NCBI RefSeq assembly: GCF_006345805.1
Contig: NC_043002.1
Coordinates: forward strand, 11,408,001-11,472,000
Length of the DNA stretch: 64,000 nucleotides
DNA from: Octopus sinensis
Lineage: Eukaryota
Direction: 5' to 3'
Positions within the stretch are counted from its first letter, which is position 1. Every line of letters starts with the position of its first letter. Positions 49,605-61,433 of this stretch are shown here, piece after piece. The position numbers and the translations under genes were made by a program. The notes under the pieces are model-generated. The model had not been told where the DNA came from, did no database searches, and was given only the letters and a program-made list of their open reading frames with translations.

Positions 49605-49815
49605 ATGAAGGGGCGGTGTTAAGTTTCTTGTTTTAAGGGTGTCGCGAAAGGCCTGGTTGGAGGCCCAACGTTCCGAGTTCTTTTTATAGCGTTCAGAAAA
49701 CTGAAGGACCGCTGCAATAAGTGTATAAATCTGATAGGGGAACATGATGAATAAAATCATAACTGATCCTCCAGTATTTTTTTTACCCAAAGCCAGGAGC
49801 TTTTCAGCAACCATT
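49605..49815 (+). mobile_element. Short mariner-derived element
   Basis: Homologous to 26897-27110; carries the KLKDRCNKCINLIGE mariner C-terminal remnant. Confidence 0.65.
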
Positions 49816-49825
49816 ATATATATAT

Positions 49826-49881
<56 letters not shown>

Positions 49882-49935
49882 AACATACATACACTCTATT
49901 TATGAAGCTGCAAAGACATCTTAAGATTCTTAACT

Positions 49936-49981
49936 AAAACTGTCCGATGAACGGAAACGTGAAACTCTGAGTAACAGTTTT
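49936..49981 (+). ncRNA. Predicted type I hammerhead fold, H3 family (variant core CCGAUGA)
   Basis: AAAACUGU-CCGAUGA-ACG(GAAA)CGU-GAAA-CUC(U)GAG-UA/ACAGUUUU; stem I is 8 bp. Confidence 0.55.
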
Positions 49982-50076
49982 TGTGATGCCTTTGCAACTT
50001 TACTAATAAGCATATTACTCTACCTCCGGTATTCGAACACTGTTTTTTCCACCTTGTTTCAGATTTATGTGCTTAT

Positions 50077-50111
<35 letters not shown>

Positions 50112-50139
50112 CCACACACACACACACACACATATATAT

Positions 50140-50410
50140 ATAATGTAAAGGCGTGTTGTGTTCTTGAGCAAGACACTTTATTTCACGCTGCTCCAGTTCA
50201 CTCAGCTGCAGAAATGAGTTACGACGTCACTGGTGCAAAGCTGTATCAGCCCCTTTGTCTTTCCCTTGGATAATATCAGTGGTGTGGAGAGAGGAGGCTG
50301 GTATTCATAGGCGACTTCTGGTCTACCATAAACTTACCTTATCCGGACTTGTGCGTGGGAGGGTAGCTTTCTAGGTGCAATCCCATGGTCATTCTTAACC
50401 GAAGCGGGGT
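50140..50410 (+). mobile_element. SINE C, 5'-truncated
   Basis: Core and tail match. Confidence 0.8.
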
Positions 50411-50516
50411 CTCCGCAATATATATTTATAGATCCTGAGGAATATGGTACTTAAGTTGAAGGCGCCAGAATTTAGCATGATATTATCCATATAATTTAAA
50501 ATAAGGAGATTATAAT

Positions 50517-50724
50517 CAAAATAAGCAACAAGGGTATCCAGAGGTAATGCAGTACTATCGTTTCATGCGACTCCATTTAATTGAACAATGCAAACATTAC
50601 ATCAATTTAAAATGAAGATTGCTCTACATTTTAAATTGATGTAATATTTGCATTGTTCAATTAAATGGAGTCGCATGAAACGATCGTACTGCATTACCTC
50701 TAGATACCGTTGTTGCTTATTTTG
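50517..50724. repeat. Foldback family P, complete palindrome (~98-bp arms, 12-nt loop)
   Basis: 50517-50614 pairs with 50627-50724. Confidence 0.88.
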
Positions 50725-51227
50725 CTTATAAATATATTTCTGTAGATATAAAGTTGCGAAACATTTGTTCCGATTCTGGAAATTCATGACTGCGAATCCG
50801 CTTAACCAGACGGCCATGTTCTTATATAACCAATGACCTTGAACCTCAGTCATGAGGTCAGCTGCATTTCTCTCCTCGTTAATAACTGTCTTATAATATG
50901 CAATACTTCTTCCCCTCTGACAGGTTCAACAAATTATCCTAATCTTATCTCTTACAGATTTCCTAGCAACGATATTTACCTATTTTATTGTTACGTTGTT
51001 ACGATTCTGTTAACATGTAAACACCCGCCAGCTTTTACAGGTTTCAGTCATTTGATTGTGGCCGTGCTGGAGCACTGCTTCGAATGGCTTTAATTGAAAA
51101 AATGAACTTCAGTAATTTTTTTCTTTTTACTTGAAGTGTGATATTTACTTTAGCTTTTCCCTTCGCCGAATCACTGGTTACAGAGACATAAAGAAACCAA
51201 CACCGGTTGTCAAGCGGTGGGTAGAAT

Positions 51228-51273
<46 letters not shown>

Positions 51274-51982
51274 ACGTACATATGAACATATAAAAATACA
51301 TATATGCAAATGCCTATATATACATGCATACGTACATATACATACACACGTATATATATGATGGGCTTCCGCACAATTTTCGTCTACCAAATCCACTAAG
51401 GCATTGGTCAGCCGAGGGCTACAATAAAAAACATTTGCGTAAGGTGCCGCGCTATAGGATTGAACCCAAAGCCATTTGATTGCAGAGCAGCATTCTTAAT
51501 GACACTCGCGACATCTGTGCTTATAATCCATGTTTTTTCTTGAGCCTTAGGGCTCGTACCACAAGTTACTAGATTTCCGTGTCATATAGGCGGCCAAAAC
51601 TACAACATTCTTCCCTGAAAGGGAAGCCGGGTCCGTTACAGGATTGAAGACCAACAGTTTTTGAGAAGAGGGGACAAGTCGATTACATCAACCCCAAAAC
51701 CTCACTCACTGGTACTTTATTTTATCGGCCCTGAAGGAATGAAACGCAAAAGCTGACCTTGGTGGGATTCGAACTCAGAACGTAAAACGCCGGAAGAAAT
51801 GCGGCTTAGCATTTTGTCTGACATGCTAACGATTCTTCCAGTTAACTGATTTAATATAAAAGACAATCCAGGTGTTTTCAGCCATTGTGTCACCTATGAA
51901 TCCATATAGGTGGGCGGCATATGATCTGCAGCCATACAATGAGTGTTTTGTTCATTTTTTATTTAGTAATATATATTTGTTG

Positions 51983-52281
51983 TGGAGGCGCAATGGCCCA
52001 GTGGTTAGGGCGGCGGACTCGCGGTCGGAGGAACGCGGTTTCGATCCCAGACTAGGCGTTGTGTGTGTTTATTAAGCGAAAACACCTAAAAGCTCCACGA
52101 GGCTCCGGCAGGGGGTAGTGGCGACCCCTGTTGTATTCTTTCGCTACAACTTTCTTGAGTAACGCTGCGATGGACTGGCGTCCCGTCCAGCTGGGGGGGG
52201 GGGCACATACGCCACAGAAACCGGGAAACCGGGCCCATGAGCCTGGCTAGGCTTGAAAAGGGCGACGTTTATCGTTTTTTA
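51983..52281 (+). mobile_element. SINE family D with 15-bp TSD
   Basis: Head ggaggcgcaatggcccagtggttagggc...ttcgatccc and tail gagtaacgctgcgatggactggcgtcccgtccag. TSD aatatatatttgttg at 51968-51982 and 52282-52296. Confidence 0.88.
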
Positions 52282-53029
52282 AATATATATTTGTTGAGGC
52301 TCTGCCAAAGCGTCTACTATCCACGTCCAATATATTGTCCTGTTATTGGTCATTCTCTTTCTAAACTGCTTCATTGACATCACTAAACTTCCATAATTTT
52401 ATAGCTCCATCAAAGGAGAAAGAGAACCACTCATGATTCCTTGTAGATCTGAAATTTGTGGAAGAAATGGCACGTTACTCTCTGGTTGGTTACCTATAGA
52501 GCTTGTTACGCTGTAGGATCAAACCAGGAACTTCATGATTGTGAAGAGATTTTTTTTTATCCATTACTCCTGCAATATTTACTGATATCTTCACAGGAAT
52601 GCGGTCATGCTGGGGCACCGCTTTGGAGGGTTTTATCGAACAAATCGATCCCAATATTTATTTTTTGAAAATTTGGTACTTATTCTATAGGTCTCGTTTA
52701 CCGAATCGCTATATCACGTGTACGTAAGCAATAGATAGAATAAGTACTAGGCTTACAAAGAATAAAGGCCTGGGGTCGATTTGTCCGACGGAATGCGGTG
52801 CCCCAGCATGGTCGCAGTCAAATGACTGAAACAAGTAAAAGAAGTAAAAAACTATAACCATATTTTTCTTAAAATAATTTTATTTGCTGCTGTATGTTTT
52901 TGTTTTAGCTATTCATTTGTAAGACGTATGATAAGAGAAACGAGGAAAAACTTAAGATTGAAGAAGGGAGAGCGGCGAGAGGGGTGGAGAGAGAAATGGA
53001 GAGAGAGAGAGAGAGATACGTTTATGAAC

Positions 53030-53370
53030 ATTCTTTTACTCTTTTACTTGTTTCAGTCATTTGACTGCGGTCATGCTGGAGCACGGCCTTTTTAGTCGAA
53101 CCAATCGACCCCAGCACTTATTCTTTCTAAGCCTGGCACTTGTTCTATCGGTCTCTTTTTGCCGAACCGCTAAGTTGCCATCATCGATTGTCAAGCGATG
53201 GTGTGACACACACACACACACACAACCATCAATCTTATATACATATGTATATGACGAGCTTCTTTCAGTTTCCGTCTACCAAATCCAATCACAAGACTTT
53301 GGTCGGTCTAGGACTATAGTAGAAGACACTTGCCCAAGGTGCCACGCAGTAGTACAGAACCCGGAACCAT
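53030..53370 (-). mobile_element. SINE A, head truncated
   Basis: Consensus match. Confidence 0.85.
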
Positions 53371-54449
53371 GATTTCTCTGGGAGATTCAACGGTGATTTT
53401 GTATTTAACTCAGAGCATTCAATTATTAAGTATTCATAATTGGACTGAATAAATAAAATTGAATATTAAGTGACTTTTGGCCAACCCTGTATATATGGAA
53501 GATTAGGTGAAATATGGGGTGAACAAAATTAAGAAAGAAGGCTCAACAGCAGCGATAAATACGAAACCCAAATGTAGGTCATATATGTATATAAGTAAAT
53601 ATGTATATGTTTATACTCAGTATTTAATAATATTTAAGTCTGTCTCTGTACTTGACCTACATTTTTAAAATGTGTTTCGAAGGACAATAGATTAATGCGA
53701 AAACTGCCGAATGGGACGAGGTAAAGTAGGTGGAGTGGTATAAAGGAAAGAATCGTAATTAAAGAAGATGACAATTGTTATCATTGCTGTTACTTTGACA
53801 ACAATGGCATTGGCATTTTATACGGGTCACCTAGAATATGAATCTCCTACGCATAACATTGATTCCAGCTTTGTTAAATTAGTTCACCTGTTCGTTGAAT
53901 ATAGTCGTTTTTTTTTTTTTTTATAAGAAATTTCAACTTCCGAGATATTGTTTGGCTGCAAAGTAATCAGACAGGTTGAGCGTCGTGTGGCTATGACCCA
54001 CAAAGGTATTTTCCTTTAAAATAGATTTAATTGACGCCGTATATTTTTATTTCAATCCATCTTCCGCAGACGTATGATAAAAAAAAATTAAATAAAAAAA
54101 ATAGAATCTTATAATAATTTGAAAGAGAAACCTTGTGAAATATGTAAAAGCAGAAACTGTGGACGGCCGGTATGTTTGGAGATTGGTCTGAAGTGGAGTT
54201 TACTCAAACAAATCGACACAACTCTCTTTTGTAAGTGTGGTAGTCATTCTATCGTTCTATTTTGCCGAACCGCTAGATCACGGGGTGTAAACAAACCAAT
54301 ACCGGCTGTCAAGTCGTGGCGAACACAAACACACACATACACACACGCACACGCACACGCACACACTCACACGCACACGCACACGCACACACGCACACAC
54401 AAACGTATGTATGTGTCTGTCTCTCTCTACATGCATCCGTCCATGTCGG

Positions 54450-54695
54450 GGACTCGTCGGTTACGGTAAGTGAAATTAAAGTGCAAACATATGAGGATTC
54501 CACATTCACGTGTAACCATAACGTAATTCTCAGGGAGATTCAGCGTGACACAGTGTGTCGAGATTGGCCCCCTGAAACACGGGGCAACATGAAATAAAGT
54601 CTTCCTCAAGGACACAACGCGCAGTCAGAAATTGAACTCACGACTATAAGTTCGTGAACCGTATACACTAACCACTAAGACACACGCCTTTACAA
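54450..54695 (-). mobile_element. Diverged SINE with tail type iii
   Basis: Shares cagggagattcagcgtgacacag with 45685-45955 and 63700-63848. Confidence 0.6.
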
Positions 54696-54866
54696 ATGTG
54701 TGTATGTCTCTTTTATTTTCTAATTATTTTAAATCTTCCACTGAGGAAGAAAGCCGGTTTCTAACAAAGATACAAGGCTCCATCTTTGGGATGTAATTAA
54801 CACAAATTAATTCACATTTGGAACTTGAGAATGTGCTGCATTCTAGAACACACAAGTTAATAAACA

Positions 54867-55262
54867 CAGGAGTGGCTGTGTGGTAAATAGCTTGCTTACC
54901 AACCACATGGTTCCGGATTCAGTCCCACTGCGTGGCACCTTGGGCAAGTGTCTTCTACTATAACCTCGGGCCGACCAAAGCCTTGTGAGTGGATTTGGTA
55001 GACGGAAACTGAAAGAAGCCCGTCGTATATATGTATATATATATATATATGTGTGTGTATGTTTGTGTGTCTGTGTTTGTCCCCCTAGCATTGTTTGACA
55101 ACCGATGCTGGTGTGTTTATGTCCCCGTTACTTAGCGGTTCGGCAAAAGAGACCGATAGAATAAGTACTGGGCTTACAAAAGAATAAGTCCCGGGGTTGA
55201 GTTGCTCGATTAAAGGCGGTACTCCAGCATGGCCGCAGTCAAAATGACTGAAACAAGGAAAA
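54867..55262 (+). mobile_element. SINE A
   Basis: Consensus match. Confidence 0.9.
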
Positions 55263-55282
55263 GAGAAAGAGAAAATATATAT

Positions 55283-55334
<52 letters not shown>

Positions 55335-55342
55335 ATATATAT

Positions 55343-55551
55343 AAAGTTAATCCAAACATGAAAACACAAAGAGAAAACACAACAACGCGAGGACGTGGAA
55401 CAAGTATAGTATTATTGGACGCTCAAGAAAGAATGAAAGAAGGTGGGTTTAACGTTTCGAGCGGAGCTCTTCGTCAGAAACATAGGAAAAGGAAAGATCC
55501 AAAGAAGGGAAGACGGGGGAAAAATCGCCAACGATACACACGAGGTCACAT
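55343..55551 (-). mobile_element. H1 copy with intact hammerhead core
   Basis: Motif 55447-55481 reads GUUU-CUGACGA-A-GAG/CUC-GAAAC-GUU/AAAC; abuts (TA)n. Confidence 0.8.
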
Positions 55552-55958
55552 TTTGTGAGCTACTAGTAATTTCATGCGATGAGAAAACACGTCTGGTGCC
55601 TTCCCGAAATCCTTGGGCTCTTTCATCGCATGGAACTATTAGCAGCTCATAAACAAATATGAGTACATTTTTGTTGATCTTACCATCATGGAACAGCACA
55701 CTACCTACCTACCTACCTACAATGAATAATGGTCACTTCCGTCGATTTCGATGTATGAGAGTTTGAAGAAAAGGATTTGAAAATAATGTGAGACAAAGAA
55801 AAGAACAAAAGAAGCTACGAGTATTTGCGATGTAATTTGAGTCCCAGGATGGATTTTGCTATGGAGTAGCTATGGGGGCAATGAGGATTTTGATTTTACC
55901 TGGGTTTGGGCAAATGTGTCTGTTAATTGCAGGATTTAATTATTTTATTGTTCTGTTA

Positions 55959-56127
55959 GGCGCAGGAGTGGCTGTGTGGTAAGTAGCTTGCTAACCAACC
56001 ACATGGTTCCGGGTTCAGTCCCACTGCGTGGCATCTTGGGCAAGTGTCTTCTGCTATAGCCCCGGGCCGACCAATGCCCTGTGAGACGGTAGATTTGGTA
56101 GACGGAAACTGAAAGAAGCCTGTCGTA

Positions 56128-56168
<41 letters not shown>

Positions 56169-56396
56169 ATATATATGTGTGTGTGTGTGGTTTGTGTCTG
56201 TGTCTGTCCCCCTAGCATTGCTTGTCAACCGATGCTGGTGTGTTTACGTCCCCGTCACTTAGCGGTTCGGCAAAAAGAGACCGATAGAATAAGTACTGGG
56301 CTTACAAAAAGAATAAGTCCCGGGGTCGATTTGCTCGACTAAAGGCGATGCTCCAGCATGGCCGCAGTCAAATGACTGAAACAAGTAAAGAGAGAG
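55959..56396 (+). mobile_element. SINE A
   Basis: Full consensus match. Confidence 0.9.
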
Positions 56397-57056
56397 TTTC
56401 TTCAACTCAAATTGTTTTGAGGCATCCTGACACATTTTACGCCATCAACATCGATCAAGGCAACGGCTTTCCCAAGATTTTAAATTAAGCTGTGGCAGTT
56501 TTAGAGATTGCTTCACCTATTCCTGTATGTAAGGACGGTCTTCCCTTACCGCGCGGTGTTTTCTACTTTGTTATACAAAAGAATTTTTGGAATGCGGTCA
56601 TCTTTCATTCGAAAATGTCCCTCCCACCTATCTGCACTGAATTCGCAGCAGCATGCTTTGGACACCTGAGATATCACATTTTTCTAAGCTTTTGACATTT
56701 GATATCTTATCTTGCCATTTTATGTTGCAGATATTGCGCATACAGCATATGTGAAAAGTTTGAGTTTGTATGGCTGTAGTAGGGAGTCCATTCTTCTGTC
56801 CTACACAAGAGTGTGCTTAAAATACAAGATTTGTATTAGTCTTTTAGTCTTTTAGTCTTTTACTTGTTTCAGTCATTTGACTGCGGCCATGCTGGAGCAC
56901 CGCCTTTAATCGAGCAACTCGACCCCGGGACTTATTCTTTTGTAAGCCCAGTACTTATTCTATCGGTCTCTTTTGCCGAACCGCTAAGTAACGGGGACAT
57001 AAACACACCAGCATCGGTTGTCAAGCAATGCTAGGGGGACAAACACAGACACACAA

Positions 57057-57106
<50 letters not shown>

Positions 57107-57910
57107 GACGGACTTCTTTCAGTTTCCGTCTACCAAATCCACTCACAAGGCTTTGGTCGGCCCGAGGCTATAGTAGAAGACACTTGCCCAAGGTGCCACG
57201 CAGTGGGACTGAACCCGGAACCATGTGGTTGGTAGAGAAGCTACTTACCACACAGCCACTCCTGCGCCTCATTTTAATTTTCAAACATCGTGTTCATCGC
57301 ACAAACGATGGGAAGGTTTTCCAAAAGCATTTGTAGCCTTAGATATGGTAACATTGATTTCGCCATCAGGAGTACTCTTAAAGTTTACTTTGCTTCCAAG
57401 ATATGGCCTGACCCTTTGACTGACTTGTCAGTCATAACGTTTGAATCTTGAATATGTTCTATCTAGGTTTTGGCTGGAATAAAGCTTGTCTTATTGACGC
57501 TGATGGTCAGTCCAAATGCATGAGCTGTCACAGCAAATTCTTTACTCTTTTTTTTTACTCTTCTACTTGTTTCAGTCATTTGACTGCGGCCATGCTGGAG
57601 CACCGCCTTTAATCGAGCAACTCGATCCCGGGACTTTCAACTGTTTCCTGAATTCCCTCAAATGTATGAGAAACCAAAGCGCAATCATCAACGAACAAAA
57701 AATTGTGTAGAATCTCTTACTTGGTCCTTTTCTTTGACCTGAAGCTTTGCTCATTTAAGTTTAGGAGACCTTCTGTGCGAAACTGGAACTTTACACCTTC
57801 GTGGTAATCCCCAAAAGTATGGTGAAGCATCATTGAAAAGAATATGGAACCGATTGGTTTCAGTAGCAACAAAATACCTCTTAACATTGACTGCTTGATA
57901 TCACTGTTGC
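56397..57910 (-). mobile_element. RTE-clade LINE remnant split by SINE A insertions
   Basis: Reading across frameshifts, in order: KQ..LL..FFSMMLHH...F(A/V)DDCALVSH; LGSKVNFKSTPDGEINVTISKATNAFGK; FHICCMRNICNIKWQDKISN...RMKDDRIPK. Confidence 0.8.
56835..57268 (-). mobile_element. SINE A (inside RTE remnant)
   Basis: Full consensus match. Confidence 0.9.
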
Positions 57911-57944
57911 CATTCTTCTTTATGCTCAGATTCTATTTCATATG

Positions 57945-58159
57945 CTCTTTTACTCTTTTACTTGTTTCAGTCATTTGACTGTGGCCATGCTGGAGCACCG
58001 CCTTTAGTCGAGCAAATCGACCCCAGGACTTATTTTTATGTACGCTTAGTACTTATTCTATCGGTTTATTTTGCCGAACCGCTAAGTTACAGTGACGTAA
58101 ACACACCAGGATCGGTTGTCAAGCGATGTGTGTGTGTGTGTGTGGGGGGGGGGCAAACA

Positions 58160-58198
<39 letters not shown>

Positions 58199-58372
58199 TT
58201 ACATATATACGACAAGCTTCTTTCAGATTCCGTCTACCAAATCCACTTACAAGGCTTTGGTCGGCCCGAGGCTATAGTAGAAGACACTTGCCCAAGGTGC
58301 CACGCAGTGGGATTAAACCTAGAACCATGTGGTTGGTAAGCAAGCTACTTACCACACAGCCACTCCTGCGCC
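57945..58372 (-). mobile_element. SINE A
   Basis: Full consensus match. Confidence 0.9.
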
Positions 58373-58519
58373 TATATTAGAAAAAGAATACGAGAGTTGG
58401 AGGAAAAGTATTGGTGTCTATTCGTTTGGCTAAAATCCTTCAGTGCAGTGCCCCAGCATGGCCGCAGTCCAATGACTGACATAAGTAAAAGATAAAAGAG
58501 GAATGATGAGTTTTTATTA

Positions 58520-59225
58520 TAGCTGGCAGAAACGTTAGCACGCCGGGCGAAATGCTGTTACATTCTGAGTTCAAATTCCGCCGAGGTCGACTTTGCCTTT
58601 CATCCTTTAGGGGTCGATAAATCAAGTACCAGTTACGCACTGGAGTCGACGTAATCCGTTTGTCTGTCCTTGTTTGTCTCCTCTGTGTTTAGCCCTTTGT
58701 GGGTAGTAAAGAAATAGGTATTTCGTCTGCTGTTACGTTCTGAGTTCAAATTCCACCGAGGTCGACTTTGCCTTTCATCCTTTCGGGGTCGATTAAATAA
58801 GTCGACTTAATCCGTTTGTCTGTCCTTGTTTGTCTATTCTGTGTTTAGCCCTTTGTGGGTAGTAAAGAAATAGGTATTACGCCCGTCTTTACGTTCTGAA
58901 TTCAAATTCCGCCGAGGTCGACTCTGCCTTTCATCCTTTCGGGGTCGATAAATTAAGTACCAGTTACGCACTGGGGTCGATGTAATCGACTTAATCCGTT
59001 TCTCTGTCCTTGTTTGTCCTCTCTGTGTTTAGCCCCTTGTGAGTAATAAAGAAACAGATATTTCGTCTGTCTTTACATTCTGAGTTCTAATTACGCTGTG
59101 GTCGACTTATCCTTTTGGTGTCAATAAATTAAGTACCAGTTGCGTACTGGGATCGATCTAATCGACTGGCCCTCCTCCCCCGAAATTTTAGGCCTTGTGG
59201 CTAGAGTTGCAAAGATTATTATTAT
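58520..59225 (+). mobile_element. SINE B tandem multimer (four units)
   Basis: One head, then units restarting at gtatttcgtctg after aaagaaatag (junctions 58717/8, 58873/4, 59057/8). The last unit has the alternative tail ending in (att)n. Confidence 0.88.
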
Positions 59226-59331
59226 TGTGTATTCTTTTTATCTCAGGTTTTGTTGTAACTCCTGTGTCTTGCATGCGTAGCCAGCTTGCTGCCTGCAGCC
59301 TACAGTACCATGTTATCTGTTCTTTTTAACT

Positions 59332-59543
59332 ACTCTTTTACTCTTTTACTTGTTTCGGTCATTTGACTGCGGCCATGCTGGAGCACCGCCTTTAGTCGAG
59401 CAAATCGACCCCGCGACTTATTCTTTGTAAGCCCAGTACTTATTCTATTGGTCTCTTTTGCCGAACCGCTAAGTGACGGGGACGTAAACACACCAGCATC
59501 GGTTGTCAAGCAATGCTAGGGGAACAAACACAGACACACAAAC

Positions 59544-59574
<31 letters not shown>

Positions 59575-59746
59575 CATATATACGACATGCTTCTTTCAGT
59601 TTCCGTCTACCAAATCCACTCACAAGGCATTGGTCGACCCGGAGGGTATAGCAGAAGACACTTGCCCAAGATGCCACGCAGTGGGACTGAACCCGGAACC
59701 ATGTGGTTGGTTAGCAAGCTACTTACCACACAGCCACTCCTGCGCC
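59332..59746 (-). mobile_element. SINE A
   Basis: Full consensus match. Confidence 0.9.
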
Positions 59747-60300
59747 TATATCATTATTATCATTATTGTTATTATTATCATTTTCAAATTTCACCGAATC
59801 TCGACTTTGCTTTTCTTCTTTTCGGGGGTCGAATAATTAAGTACCAGTTACTCACTGGGGTCGATGTAATCGACTAGTTTCCTCCCACAAAGTTTCATGT
59901 CTTGTGCGTTTTGTAGAAAAAATTAATACAGAGAGTTGCTTATTTGCAAAAAAAAAAAATATAACATGTGACTTCATTGACCGAGGTTACCGTGGTCTTT
60001 TCCGTAGGCTTTTCTTTCCAAGGGTAAACCTCATCTGTCCTCCCCTTTACACTTCATATTGACATTTCTGTGATAACGATCCCTATTGATCAATTTTTTT
60101 CCTTTCCCTCCCCTCCCCGCTTTTTTTTTATTTTATCCCCCCCTTTTTTGTCCTCTTTCTTTCCTTTTACGATCCCTTTTTTGATCGAAAACCAAACCCC
60201 CTTTTTTTTACCCCCAAAGGAAAAGCTCTACCTTGTAATTTGTCCTGTCTGTGTGCAGCCCTGTGTGGCTAATGAAGAAACATATTATTAGGTGATGAAA

Positions 60301-60619
60301 TTTATTATTTTTATTCATGCACCCTTTTCAAGCCTAGCCAGGCTCATGGGCCCGGTTTCCCGGTTTCTATGGCGTATGTGTTCCCCCAGCTGGACGCGAC
60401 GCCAGTCCATCGCAGCGTTACTCAAGAACAAGAAGAAAGAGTGAGAGAAAGTTGGGACGAAAGAGTACAATAGGAGTCGCCACCACCCCCTGCCGGAGCC
60501 TCGTGGAGCTCTAGGTGTTTTTGCTCAATAAGCACACACAACGCCCGGTTTGGGAATTGAAACCGCGATCCTCCGACCACGAGTCCGCTGTATTAACCAC
60601 TGGGCCATTGCGCCTTCAC
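60301..60619 (-). mobile_element. SINE D
   Basis: Full head, middle and tail; gtgatgaaa on both flanks. Confidence 0.88.
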
Positions 60620-60954
60620 TATGTGATGAAAACTCACAGCTTATTTTGCTGGGTATACTGGAAAGTATCAGCTGTCCGCAGCCAGCAGACTAAGGTGACA
60701 CTTGTTTATTGGTCATACTTCAAGAGCCCTTCAAGGCATACTTCAAGGCAAACATCTCAAGTTATGTACATTTTTATTATTGGAAAAAATTCAGTCTTAC
60801 AGCTGTTTTGGGGATATCCCATACTTTGGGACATCCCAGAAACAGGTGTAAGGATTTAAAGTTTCTCCAATAATAATAATGTACATGACTTGATGTTTAC
60901 CTTGCCTTAACGTTTGTCGTCCTCTTTAACAATTATATATATGCTATATCGGAA

Positions 60955-61296
60955 GGCGCATGGCTCAGTGGTTAGAGCGTCGAGCTTACGATCGTGAGGT
61001 TGTGAGCTCGAATCCCGGACCGGGCTGCGTGTTGTGTTCTCGAGCAAGGCACTTTATTTCACGTTGCTCCAGTTCACTCAGCTGTAGAAATGAGTTGCGA
61101 CGTCACAGGTGCCAAGCTGTATCGGCCCCTTTGCCTTTCCCTTGGATAACACTGGTGGCGTGGAGAGGGGAGGCCGGTATGCATGGGCGACTGCTGGCCT
61201 TCCATAAAAAACAACCTTGCCCGGACTTGTGTCTAGGAGGGTAACTTTCTAGGTGCAATCCCATGGTCATTCATGACCGAAGGGGGTCTTTACCCT
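60955..61296 (+). mobile_element. SINE C, full length with 10-bp TSD
   Basis: tatatcggaa at 60945-60954 and 61297-61306; tRNA-like A/B boxes tggctcagtgg and gagctcgaatccc. Confidence 0.9.
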
Positions 61297-61433
61297 TATA
61301 TCGGAAATCTGCAATGACTCCATAACAACCGTCTCGGCTATAACCTTGGAGCACACGTAATCCAGTTCCAAGCAATGCTGATTTTTATAGGTCTTCTTTT
61401 TCTTCTTATCTTCATTTCTGTTTCTTTTCGCAG

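Noticed and set aside
58520-59225. Regularly spaced repeats superficially like a CRISPR array
   Set aside because: Eukaryotic context, whole ~155-190-bp units repeat with no unique spacers, and there are no cas genes.
60955-61030. tRNA-like sequences at SINE C/D/F heads
   Set aside because: They continue directly into SINE bodies with TSDs and lack a clean acceptor stem, so they are SINE heads, not tRNA genes.
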